Shown: positions 7,883 to 15,451 of the stretch, piece after piece
Layout of the letters: the number at the start of each line of letters is the position of its first letter
Position numbering within the stretch: position 1 is the stretch's first letter
Source of the DNA: a virus
Taxonomy: Duplodnaviria; Heunggongvirae; Uroviricota; Caudoviricetes
Virus record (IMG/VR): IMGVR_UViG_3300043425_000245
Length of the DNA: 27,791 bases
Reading direction: 5' to 3' (one strand)
Notes under the pieces: generated by a model
What the model saw: the letters and a program-made list of their open reading frames with translations, nothing else
The model's database searches: none
Told to the model about the DNA's origin: nothing
Translations under genes and position numbers: made by a program

Positions 7883-9018
7883 TGGCATATTTACTATTCG
7901 GAACAGCACTGGGTTTATCCGCAGTGGCAGCTTACTACTCAATCATGGGTCTAGTGGCGATCTTTGCTGCAGCCGCAATTCCAATTTTCATCATGGGTTC
8001 TCTACTTGAAGTGTCCAAATTAGTTGTGGCATCTTGGCTATATCGTAGCTGGAAAGAGATTCCAAAACTAATGATGGGCTATTTCACCGTTGCGTTGGTA
8101 GTCTTAATGATGCTAACGTCAATGGGTATCTTTGGTTATCTGTCTAAAGCTCACCTAGACCAAGCAGTCCCAACTGGCGACGTTGCAGCTAAGTTATCTC
8201 TGATAGATGAAAAAATTAAAACTGAAAAGGAAAATATAGATGCAGCTCGTAAGCAAATTTCTCAACTGGATCAACAAGTTGATCAAACCATCTCAAGAAC
8301 CACAGACGCCAACGGTGCAGACCGAGCCGTTGCCATCCGCAGAGCCCAGCAGAAAGAAAGAACAAGGCTCCTCTCAGAGATCGGCACAGCGCAAACCCAA
8401 GTCGCAAAATACAACGAAGAACGTGCCCCAATCGCAGCCGAAGTCCGTAAAGTCGAAGCCGAAGTCGGACCAATCAAATACATCGCAGCGCTCATCTACG
8501 AAGAAAGCGCCAGCGAAGAGATACTCGAAAAAGCCGTCCGAATTGTAATCATGATGATCGTGCTAGTGTTTGATCCACTAGCCGTTCTATTGCTGATTGC
8601 CGCTAACTGGCAGATGAAGAAAGAAAAGGGTGAAGAAAAACCACACCCTCTTCAAGAGTTCTTTGATAAGAACAAAGAGTTAAATCTAACGGAGCCTCGC
8701 CCAATAAGCGATTTCCCTGAATTACAGGAAGCCGTCAAAAAAGGTATAGAAGAAGGCACGTTAGAGATTAAAGGTGAAGAAAGCCCTAAAGTTTTAGAAA
8801 CTGAGGACGATCTATTATTTGATGATCATGTTGAGGTTGAGGTCAAGAAAGACTGGGAACCAGAACTTTACAGCAGAGTTGGTGTTAAATCTACCGAAAA
8901 AGAAATGGGTAGATACGAATCAGAACTGTTGGAACAAGAAAAGAAACGTAAAGTACAATCCTTCTTAAACAAGGTTGGTACTATCGAAGACGATATTGAA
9001 AAGTTGAATAAAAAATGA
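7879..9018 (+). CDS. Multi-pass membrane protein with a central coiled coil
   Basis: Three N-terminal hydrophobic helices, heptad region, a further TM segment (IVIMMIVLVFDPLAVLLLIAA), acidic tail. Confidence 0.85.
   Translation: MMAYLLFGTALGLSAVAAYYSIMGLVAIFAAAAIPIFIMGSLLEVSKLVVASWLYRSWKEIPKLMMGYFTVALVVLMMLTSMGIFGYLSKAHLDQAVPTGDVAAKLSLIDEKIKTEKENIDAARKQISQLDQQVDQTISRTTDANGADRAVAIRRAQQKERTRLLSEIGTAQTQVAKYNEERAPIAAEVRKVEAEVGPIKYIAALIYEESASEEILEKAVRIVIMMIVLVFDPLAVLLLIAANWQMKKEKGEEKPHPLQEFFDKNKELNLTEPRPISDFPELQEAVKKGIEEGTLEIKGEESPKVLETEDDLLFDDHVEVEVKKDWEPELYSRVGVKSTEKEMGRYESELLEQEKKRKVQSFLNKVGTIEDDIEKLNKK
8240..8548 (+). CDS. Putative overprinted gene (+1 frame): basic S/P/Q/K-rich protein
   Basis: SD AAGGA 8 nt before ATG 8240; only 25 T in 240 nt (8281-8520); amphipathic N-terminus MQLVSKFLNWINKLIK. 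Confidence 0.5.
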   Translation: MQLVSKFLNWINKLIKPSQEPQTPTVQTEPLPSAEPSRKKEQGSSQRSAQRKPKSQNTTKNVPQSQPKSVKSKPKSDQSNTSQRSSTKKAPAKRYSKKPSEL

Positions 9019-9104
9019 AGTATGAATGTAAATTTTGTGGAGCATTAAACCTATTCAAGGACGTTTGCAAAGACTGCGGATACCTAAATAGTGTTATCAC
9101 CTAA
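9015..9104 (+). CDS. 29-aa zinc-finger microprotein (MKYECKFCGALNLFKDVCKDCGYLNSVIT)
   Basis: ATGA overlap with the upstream stop; CxxC-x9-CxxCG. Confidence 0.55.
   Translation: MKYECKFCGALNLFKDVCKDCGYLNSVIT
9084..9090 (+). promoter_or_regulatory. Putative late promoter (CTAAATA) for the Cys-repeat cassette
   Basis: TAAATA core about 75 nt upstream of ATG 9167. Confidence 0.45.
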
Positions 9105-9166
9105 TATAATAACAACAGACGGGTTGTGTCTGGCTCCAAGGGTGAGGAGTTAGGAGGGCAAAAGCC

Positions 9167-9655
9167 ATGTACAAAAAGCTATGTGTGATGTCGCTTTTTG
9201 TTATGACTACATTAAACGCTTGGGCAGTTGACCCAATCGTAACTGATTCGACAAGTAGATCTTATTCCGAGACTACAAGCAACAGTACTACAACAGTAAA
9301 ATCGCCACCGCCAACAGCTGTGGCTCCAGCAATCACAACAATTAATAATGACGTATGTGCCACTGCCGCAAGTGGTGCAGTTCAGACGCAGATTCTTGGT
9401 ATCTCTATGGGTGGTACAACTAGGGATATGAATTGCGAAAGAATCAAACTTTCGAAGAATCTATATGATATGGGTATGAAGGTTGCAGCGGTAGCAACAT
9501 TATGCCAAGACGATCGTGTTTTCCAAGCTATGCTAGACGCAGGTACACCATGCCCAGTGCAAGGTAAGATCGGCGAGAACGCTAAAGAGATTTGGAAGGC
9601 AAAAGGTCGTATCAAAGAAGACGACACAATCGTCCCAACTCCTGAGAAGAAGTAA
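9167..9655 (+). CDS. Exported Cys-containing hypothetical protein
   Basis: Signal-peptide-like N-terminus; CERIKLSKNLYDMGMKVAAVATLCQD...GTPCP motif; SD GGAGG. Confidence 0.85.
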   Translation: MYKKLCVMSLFVMTTLNAWAVDPIVTDSTSRSYSETTSNSTTTVKSPPPTAVAPAITTINNDVCATAASGAVQTQILGISMGGTTRDMNCERIKLSKNLYDMGMKVAAVATLCQDDRVFQAMLDAGTPCPVQGKIGENAKEIWKAKGRIKEDDTIVPTPEKK

Positions 9656-11259
9656 TGAAGAAGCTGTTAGCCATTTTGTGGTTGACAGTTTCTTTCGCTC
9701 ACGCTCAGGATCAGTCAACACCAAATCTAATTACATCTGGGACTACTCATACGTGGTCAGGTGTAATCACAGGCGCAAAACCAAATGATTGTTGCACGGG
9801 TGGTCCAGGGGCTCTTTACGATCCAGCCACTAATACAATCCACTTCAGTTATATGCAGTCGACTGTCGCTCAGACATTCGCAATCAATCAAGCACTATCA
9901 AACGTTGGCTCAGGTATACAAGTTAGAGGGTATTCATACTCGTGGGATATTAACAACCTGAACGGTGATAACCGTCAAGGTGGAGTTGATACACTGTACG
10001 CAAACGTTTACACTCTAAACTATAACAACACATCAATAAGAAGAACTGACAGCTGGGTCTATAACACTAAGTTCGACTGGACTACTTTTAGTGGTACTGT
10101 CAACTACGAGAACCCAGGAGTTCCTTCTGACTTTGGTAACTTAACTGTTCAGTTCAGCGGCAGAGATGGTGGTTTCTGGGGTGGTTACTACGGACCAAAG
10201 GTTCGCAACGTTAGTTTAAAAATGAACTATGGTGTTGATACATGTGCAGCCGATCCGCTATCATCTACTACATGCTCAGGTTACGCTTCAGCTTATTTAA
10301 ACCTACAATGTTCTGCAAGTGCCCTTTATAGCCCACAATGTCCAGGATATGCTGCTGCTTACTTTACACAGCAATGCACAGTTAATGCTTTACACGATCC
10401 AAGCTGCCCAGGATATGCTAATGCGTACCTAAATTATCAGTGTTCTGTTAACCCTCTTTACTCAACTACTTGTCCAGGATATGAAACAGCGTACTTCAAT
10501 CAGCAATGCTCAACGAATGCACTCTACAATTCTGCTTGTCCAGGATATGAACAAGCGTATTTTACACAACAGTGCAATCTTAATGGATTGTATTCAACAA
10601 CTTGCCCTAATTATGCTACAGCTTACGCCAAGAAAATGCTGTTCGAAAAGCAAGGAACAGCATCAACAATAGCAACAGCTGGTACAGTCGCAGCAATGGC
10701 TCCAACGACTACAACAGAAACTACTGCAGTTGCCGTGGTGTCTGATCCAGTAGTTAATGAAGTTGTTACCACATCTGCCACTTCAGCATCACCAGCTCAA
10801 GCAGCAACAGCCACTGTCCCTTTAGTACAGGCACCTGCGCCAGCACCAGCGGCAGTGGAAAAGCCAGCAGTTGCCGATAAACCAGCTGCACCAGCACCTC
10901 AGCAAGCTCAAGGTGGCGAGAAGCCTCAACCTTCTGCTCGTCAACAGTTAGCTGAACGTAGAGCAGAAGCTGCTAAGAAAGATGCGGTTGAAAAGGGTAA
11001 GAACTTAGCCAATGAAATGGGTAAGGCTGCGGACATGGAATCGCAGAAGCAAGTACAGAACGTGGTAATCCAAGCTATGGGTTTCACGCCAGGATTTGAT
11101 GCGTATGGTAAATCAGTAGTGCCAGACGTTGTTGGTTATAAACCTTTCACTGTCTACAATAATCAAAAGAACGTAGACAATAGAAGATTAGGCATGGGGT
11201 TGTATGGACCATCCGATCGTCTACATAACGAGCTAGTTGGCTCACAATACGGAGAGTAA
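9655..11259 (+). CDS. Exported protein with six 22-aa Cys-rich repeats
   Basis: Signal peptide ending AHA, beta-rich N-domain, repeats, A/P/T-rich linker, charged C-domain. Confidence 0.88.
   Translation: MKKLLAILWLTVSFAHAQDQSTPNLITSGTTHTWSGVITGAKPNDCCTGGPGALYDPATNTIHFSYMQSTVAQTFAINQALSNVGSGIQVRGYSYSWDINNLNGDNRQGGVDTLYANVYTLNYNNTSIRRTDSWVYNTKFDWTTFSGTVNYENPGVPSDFGNLTVQFSGRDGGFWGGYYGPKVRNVSLKMNYGVDTCAADPLSSTTCSGYASAYLNLQCSASALYSPQCPGYAAAYFTQQCTVNALHDPSCPGYANAYLNYQCSVNPLYSTTCPGYETAYFNQQCSTNALYNSACPGYEQAYFTQQCNLNGLYSTTCPNYATAYAKKMLFEKQGTASTIATAGTVAAMAPTTTTETTAVAVVSDPVVNEVVTTSATSASPAQAATATVPLVQAPAPAPAAVEKPAVADKPAAPAPQQAQGGEKPQPSARQQLAERRAEAAKKDAVEKGKNLANEMGKAADMESQKQVQNVVIQAMGFTPGFDAYGKSVVPDVVGYKPFTVYNNQKNVDNRRLGMGLYGPSDRLHNELVGSQYGE
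10243..10638 (+). repeat. Six tandem 66-nt (22-aa) coding repeats
   Basis: C-x9-C-[PS]-[GN]-Y-x2-A-Y-x4, e.g. CSVNPLYSTTCPGYETAYFNQQ. Confidence 0.92.
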
Positions 11260-11260
11260 T

Positions 11261-11758
11261 ATGTCTGAAGAAATTAAAGATGTCAATGCCAAGATTGACG
11301 CTGCTGAAGATGCAGTAAAGAAGTATGCTAGTGCAAACACTGTTATTAGCATTGGTGGGTATGAATTTACTCCAGCCAAGTTAATGGTAGCGTTCACTCT
11401 AGTTTCTTCTATCCTTGGTGGTTTGTACGGTGCGTTTGAAACGTACAAAGATTATCAATCAATGAAGAAGCGTATCGCTGAATATGTTGCACCTGACCTA
11501 TCAGAGCTACAAGCTAAGATGGATATTGTTGTGGAGAAATCAGAGAAGTCTGTTCAATACACGCAAGATATTAAGAACGACTTAAAGAGCGACATTCGTC
11601 GTTTGGAAGGTATTGTTGATTCAGTAGAACGTGGCGCAAAGCAAAGCCAACGTGAAACAACTCAGGACGTAAACGAAGTTCGTAAAGAACTTAAAGCGTT
11701 AGACAACAGCGTGGATCGTAAGATTCAAAGAGCGCTGGACAATCCATTGGCTAAGTAA
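11261..11758 (+). CDS. Single-TM coiled-coil protein
   Basis: SD GGAG before ATG 11261; TM segment LMVAFTLVSSILGGLYGAF; heptad tail. Confidence 0.82.
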   Translation: MSEEIKDVNAKIDAAEDAVKKYASANTVISIGGYEFTPAKLMVAFTLVSSILGGLYGAFETYKDYQSMKKRIAEYVAPDLSELQAKMDIVVEKSEKSVQYTQDIKNDLKSDIRRLEGIVDSVERGAKQSQRETTQDVNEVRKELKALDNSVDRKIQRALDNPLAK

Positions 11759-11928
11759 TGACACCTTATACTTTACACCATATGTATCAAGCGTGGTGTC
11801 AGGAGCAAGAGGATCCTGAAAGGGATTGGTCACATTTCGTCGAGTGGGCAGCTAAATGGAATAACACAACTGGCGATCACGTGATGAGAGTATTACAAAC
11901 AACATATTGGTTTAAAATGCGCAAATAA
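11758..11928 (+). CDS. Small Trp-rich hypothetical protein (56 aa)
   Basis: TAATG overlap with the upstream stop; ends just before the terminator. Confidence 0.6.
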   Translation: MTPYTLHHMYQAWCQEQEDPERDWSHFVEWAAKWNNTTGDHVMRVLQTTYWFKMRK

Positions 11929-11959
11929 AAAAAGGGAGCTTAACTCTCCCTTTTCTTTT
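11927..11959. terminator. Bidirectional intrinsic terminator
   Basis: AAAAGGGAG-CTTAACT-CTCCCTTTT with A-tract before and T-tract after, between convergent operons. Confidence 0.85.
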
Positions 11960-12134
11960 ACTTCTTAGGCACTTCGGTGCCTTCAAGTTTTTTGTGCTTC
12001 TTAATCACCTTACATTCTTCTTTCATCTTACCAGTCTTTGCATCTTTTACTTCGATACAAACACGTTCAGTTTCAGCAGCCATAACGCCAAAAGACATTA
12101 CGCTTGCCAATAGAATTGCTAGAAACTTATTCAT
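11958..12134 (-). CDS. Small secreted Lys-rich peptide (58 aa, two Cys)
   Basis: MNKFLAILLASVMSFGVMA signal peptide followed by ETERVCIEVKDAKTGKMKEECK...; start overlaps the upstream stop. Confidence 0.7.
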   Translation of the reverse strand: MNKFLAILLASVMSFGVMAAETERVCIEVKDAKTGKMKEECKVIKKHKKLEGTEVPKK

Positions 12135-12357
12135 TTGATTTTTCCTTCTTTGCGAATTTTTCGGAAGCAGTGAAACCTAATCCAGCAATCACCAAGTAGA
12201 TGATTGAATCGAATAAGGTTTCATTTGCTTTATAGATTGTGAACTGATCAGCCAAATATGATACACCAACGATAACAAAAGCCAAAAGCGTGATCACTCT
12301 CTTACTGCTCCATGAGCCGTTGTGACCGTCTTGTAACATACTCTTTAGAAATTCCAT
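12127..12357 (-). CDS. Putative holin (2 TM)
   Basis: 76 aa, two hydrophobic helices, charged C-tail, in the endolysin operon. Confidence 0.6.
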   Translation of the reverse strand: MEFLKSMLQDGHNGSWSSKRVITLLAFVIVGVSYLADQFTIYKANETLFDSIIYLVIAGLGFTASEKFAKKEKSNE

Positions 12358-12837
12358 TTAGATCTCTTGGTGATCAGGTTGTGCAGGCATTGGTTTACCA
12401 GTTGAGCTCATTAACACTTGTGGTGTAAAGTTAGCTGGTGGAGCCTGATACATTGGTTGTTGAATCACAACTGGCGCTGGTGGCGGAGTTGGGTTCAAAA
12501 TAGCAGCTTGAGCGATAGTGTTCTTAGCAGCAGCTTCAGCGTTTGATTGCGCTTGCTTCTGAGCTTCTAACATCATCTTCTGGTCTTCTGGTTTAGTACC
12601 TGCAAGCATGATACCTGATAGAGTACCAGTCAAGAATGTAGCGATAGGTACAATCAACTCAAAGAACTTTTGGTCGATTGGGCTGATAGCGTTCAACGGT
12701 TGAGTAACAAAAATCAAAGAATACAATACAACGAACACGATACCGAATAGTGTAAGCGATAAGCAGATACCGATGAAGAACTTCAGGCGAGCCATCAGTT
12801 GTTCTTCAGTATATACAAATGTGTCTTTATTTTCCAC
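12358..12837 (-). CDS. Two-TM membrane protein with Q/P-rich tail
   Basis: GTG at 12837 with SD AAGGAG; TMs FFIGICLSLTLFGIVFVVLYSLIF and LIVPIATFLTGTLSGIML. Confidence 0.8.
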   Translation of the reverse strand: MENKDTFVYTEEQLMARLKFFIGICLSLTLFGIVFVVLYSLIFVTQPLNAISPIDQKFFELIVPIATFLTGTLSGIMLAGTKPEDQKMMLEAQKQAQSNAEAAAKNTIAQAAILNPTPPPAPVVIQQPMYQAPPANFTPQVLMSSTGKPMPAQPDHQEI

Positions 12838-13108
12838 AGTTTGCTCCTTGAGATGCTGGAGTAATCGGTTGTACAGCAGTTTTAGTAGTTTCATCTTTTG
12901 GTGGTCCTAATCGCGGGTCGCGTTGACCTTTAAAGATGTGTTCTGGACAAGTTCTATTCACATCACATAAAGGCATTTTACAAAATTCTTTATCCCAGTT
13001 AGCTGGGTCTTGGCATGGATAGCGAAATTGCTCTTTACTGCACATGGCTAAACCAAGTGGCAATAGCAAAAGCAATAACAACCATCTGACTAACTTACGG
13101 TCGTTCAT
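12827..13108 (-). CDS. Cys-rich lipoprotein-like protein
   Basis: Poly-Leu signal then LAMC (non-canonical lipobox); FRYPCQDP..C..P.C....TCPE. Confidence 0.7.
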   Translation of the reverse strand: MNDRKLVRWLLLLLLLPLGLAMCSKEQFRYPCQDPANWDKEFCKMPLCDVNRTCPEHIFKGQRDPRLGPPKDETTKTAVQPITPASQGANCGK

Positions 13109-13109
13109 T

Positions 13110-13733
13110 TTAGGCTCCCATTACATGTAGAGCATGCTCATAGTGTTTGATACGATCTTCTAGACCGATAGTACCACCGTTGATCTTCTTAGTCAATGTA
13201 AGAATGTCACCCTTATCAGCCCATTGGTTTAGGTTATTTGTTTCCCAGAACCAGCAAGCGGATTGAGCAGCACCCTCAAAAGTCTGTAGATATTCAGCAG
13301 CCTCTTCGACTGGAATACCAAGGGAAGCAGCGAACCATGAATAGTTTGACTTTCCTGTTAGTTGGATCAATCCACGACCACAGTAACGATAACCGTCACC
13401 AGTCTCTGGACCACCATTACCCATGCGGTTTGCATAAACTAGGTTAGCAATTGCTTCTTGTTTATTTGGCTTTGCAGCATATTCTGCAGCCATAGCGTCC
13501 GTTGGGAAATACTTTGGGAAAATCTTGCGAAGTGTTGCAGCCTTGTAATTAAGGTTTTCCTTCAGAACCATAAATCCACCCGATTCATGAGCGCACTGAG
13601 CCACAAAAGCTGCAATTCGCTGCGGAGTGTTGATCTCATATTCTGGCAAAAGTTGCGATAAAGCGTGGTGCCAGTGATCAACGTAAGGGTTCTTTGGAAG
13701 CAACTGTTTTAATTGTTGTAGTGTTAATTCCAT
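13110..13733 (-). CDS. Glycoside hydrolase family 19 endolysin
   Basis: AQCAHESGGF, ENLNY, GDGYRYCGRGLIQLTGKSNY, WFW, INGG. Confidence 0.93.
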   Translation of the reverse strand: MELTLQQLKQLLPKNPYVDHWHHALSQLLPEYEINTPQRIAAFVAQCAHESGGFMVLKENLNYKAATLRKIFPKYFPTDAMAAEYAAKPNKQEAIANLVYANRMGNGGPETGDGYRYCGRGLIQLTGKSNYSWFAASLGIPVEEAAEYLQTFEGAAQSACWFWETNNLNQWADKGDILTLTKKINGGTIGLEDRIKHYEHALHVMGA

Positions 13734-13771
13734 CTCACCTTCCTATAAAAATGCACAAAAGTATGCAATTG

Positions 13772-13779
13772 TATTTATT
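13772..13779 (-). promoter_or_regulatory. Putative late promoter (AATAAATA, minus strand) for the lysis cassette
   Basis: About 40 nt upstream of the endolysin ATG. Confidence 0.55.
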
Positions 13780-13790
13780 GTAAGATAAAC

Positions 13791-13819
13791 TTTACTTTTG
13801 GTTCTTGTAGACGTATAAT
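13791..13819 (+). promoter_or_regulatory. Sigma70-type promoter
   Basis: TTTACT-17-TATAAT. Confidence 0.65.
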
Positions 13820-13867
13820 ACCCGTGTCGGGTTTGATAAGAAGTGTAAAGTATTAGTCAAATATCCC

Positions 13868-13896
13868 TTTACTTTAATTCCTATCTATGGTATAAT
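13868..13896 (+). promoter_or_regulatory. Sigma70-type promoter of the phage family
   Basis: TTTACT-TTAATT...GG-TATAAT, 17-nt spacer. Confidence 0.8.
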
Positions 13897-13919
13897 TAAA
13901 CTATGGAAAGGGGAAGTGT

Positions 13920-14369
13920 ATGATGAAAAAAGGTGAAATGCTTGATAAAGCCCTGTTGCTGGCCACTAACTCTCACCACGGTCAGTTCGATAAGGGAGGT
14001 GCTCCCTATATCCTTCACCCACTGAAGGTTATGCACTACCTGAAGACTGACGATGAAGAGTTACAATGTATGGCTCTTTTACATGATGTTGTAGAAGATT
14101 GCGATGTAACCTTTGTAGATCTAAAAGCTATCGGTATGAGTGAGCGTGTTATTGCCGCTGTACGATGCCTAACTAAGCAACGTGGTCAAACCCTCGCTGA
14201 ATACAAAGAAGTCATCTTCTCTAACACTGATGCAATGAAGGTTAAAATGGCTGACTTGCGTCACAACTCTGATATCCGTCGATTGAAGGGTGTTACTGAA
14301 AAGGATCTAGTTCGGATGGAAAAGTACCATCGGTTCTACCTTGAAATTCTGGCCAAATTAAATGGCTAA
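13920..14369 (+). CDS. HD-domain hydrolase, SpoT-HD/small alarmone hydrolase-like
   Basis: HHGQFDKGGAPYILHP, ALLHDVVED, VKMADLRHN. Confidence 0.85.
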   Translation: MMKKGEMLDKALLLATNSHHGQFDKGGAPYILHPLKVMHYLKTDDEELQCMALLHDVVEDCDVTFVDLKAIGMSERVIAAVRCLTKQRGQTLAEYKEVIFSNTDAMKVKMADLRHNSDIRRLKGVTEKDLVRMEKYHRFYLEILAKLNG

Positions 14370-14419
14370 ATAGAAATGAGCAGGTAGTCTGCTTGTATGT
14401 ATTCTTAGGAGATAAGAAA

Positions 14420-15397
14420 ATGAAAACTGGTATTTTTATTGGGCGATTCCAGCCCGTTCACGAAGGTCACATCCACGCTCTTGGAGTGGCTGCATCCCAA
14501 GTACAGAAACTGTACATTCTAGTTGGTTCGGCTAATCAATGCCGTTCTATCCGTAACCCTTGGACGTTTGCTGAACGCAAACAAATGCTCCAAGTTAAGT
14601 TGCATGCTCAACGCATCACCAACTACGAAATCATCCCACTCAACGATTATCGCTATTCAAACACCCAATGGATGTCCGATGTACGTGCTACTATCGAACA
14701 TTTTGAAATGGGTACACCGATCCTGTTCGGTCACATGAAAGATGGTAACGACTATCTCAAGTGGTTCCCTGAACTCAAATTTAAATCTATCGAGGCTCAG
14801 TACTCGGTAAACGCAACAGAGATTCGCACTCGTATGTTTGCAGAAAATGATCCGCTCATGCCTGAGACTGTACGTGGCGACCGTGCATTTTATGACAAAG
14901 AAAAAGACTTATTCGCTGGGTATCCATTCCCAGAAACCCTTAACTTCAACTGCTCCGATGCTATCCTTGAATGCCAAGGTCACATCTTGCTTATCCAACG
15001 CAAGTTCTCCCCAGGAAAAGGTGCGTGGGCACTTCCAGGAGGTTTTCGCAATCAGCGTGAAACATTTCTCGATTGTGCAATCCGAGAGTTGATTGAAGAA
15101 ACAAACGTGCGAGTCCCAGAGAAAGTTCTCCGTGGCTCTATCGTAAAGACCGAATTGTTTGACGACCCAAGTCGTTCGTTCGGTATTCCCCGCAACACCA
15201 TGGCTGTGTATATGCGTATCAGTCCAAACCCTGACTGGTCTCTGCCACGTGCCAATGGTGCTGACGATGCTGCTCTGTGTAAGTGGGTGCCACTAACCGA
15301 CGCACTGAACAACATCGAGATGTACGACGACCACAAGGACATCGTATCGAAAGTCACTGGAGTTATGCCGATTCCAGCCTTCGCAAAAAACGCTTGA
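14420..15397 (+). CDS. nadM: Bifunctional NMN adenylyltransferase / ADP-ribose pyrophosphatase (NadM-Nudix)
   Basis: GRFQPVHEGH (HxGH); Nudix box GGFRNQRETFLDCAIRELIEETNV; SD AGGAG. Confidence 0.92.
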   Translation: MKTGIFIGRFQPVHEGHIHALGVAASQVQKLYILVGSANQCRSIRNPWTFAERKQMLQVKLHAQRITNYEIIPLNDYRYSNTQWMSDVRATIEHFEMGTPILFGHMKDGNDYLKWFPELKFKSIEAQYSVNATEIRTRMFAENDPLMPETVRGDRAFYDKEKDLFAGYPFPETLNFNCSDAILECQGHILLIQRKFSPGKGAWALPGGFRNQRETFLDCAIRELIEETNVRVPEKVLRGSIVKTELFDDPSRSFGIPRNTMAVYMRISPNPDWSLPRANGADDAALCKWVPLTDALNNIEMYDDHKDIVSKVTGVMPIPAFAKNA

Positions 15398-15422
15398 CTT
15401 TAATTCAAAGATCAGGTATAAT
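15394..15422 (+). promoter_or_regulatory. Sigma70-type promoter for NAMPT
   Basis: TTGACT-TTAATT...GG-TATAAT, 17-nt spacer. Confidence 0.85.
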
Positions 15423-15451
15423 TAAGTATAGAAACAAGTAAGGAGCTTACT

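Noticed and set aside
8216-8495. Two antisense ORFs in the T-poor segment
   Set aside because: T depletion removes stop codons in all frames; no antisense promoter or SD seen.
9129-9152. Hairpin in the 5' UTR before ATG 9167 as a T4-style translational repressor
   Set aside because: It has two G-U pairs, barely touches the SD, and lies downstream of the late promoter, unlike known T4 cases.
10243-10638. Tandem repeats as a CRISPR array or DGR
   Set aside because: They are in-frame 66-nt coding repeats, diverged at synonymous sites, with no spacers and no reverse transcriptase.
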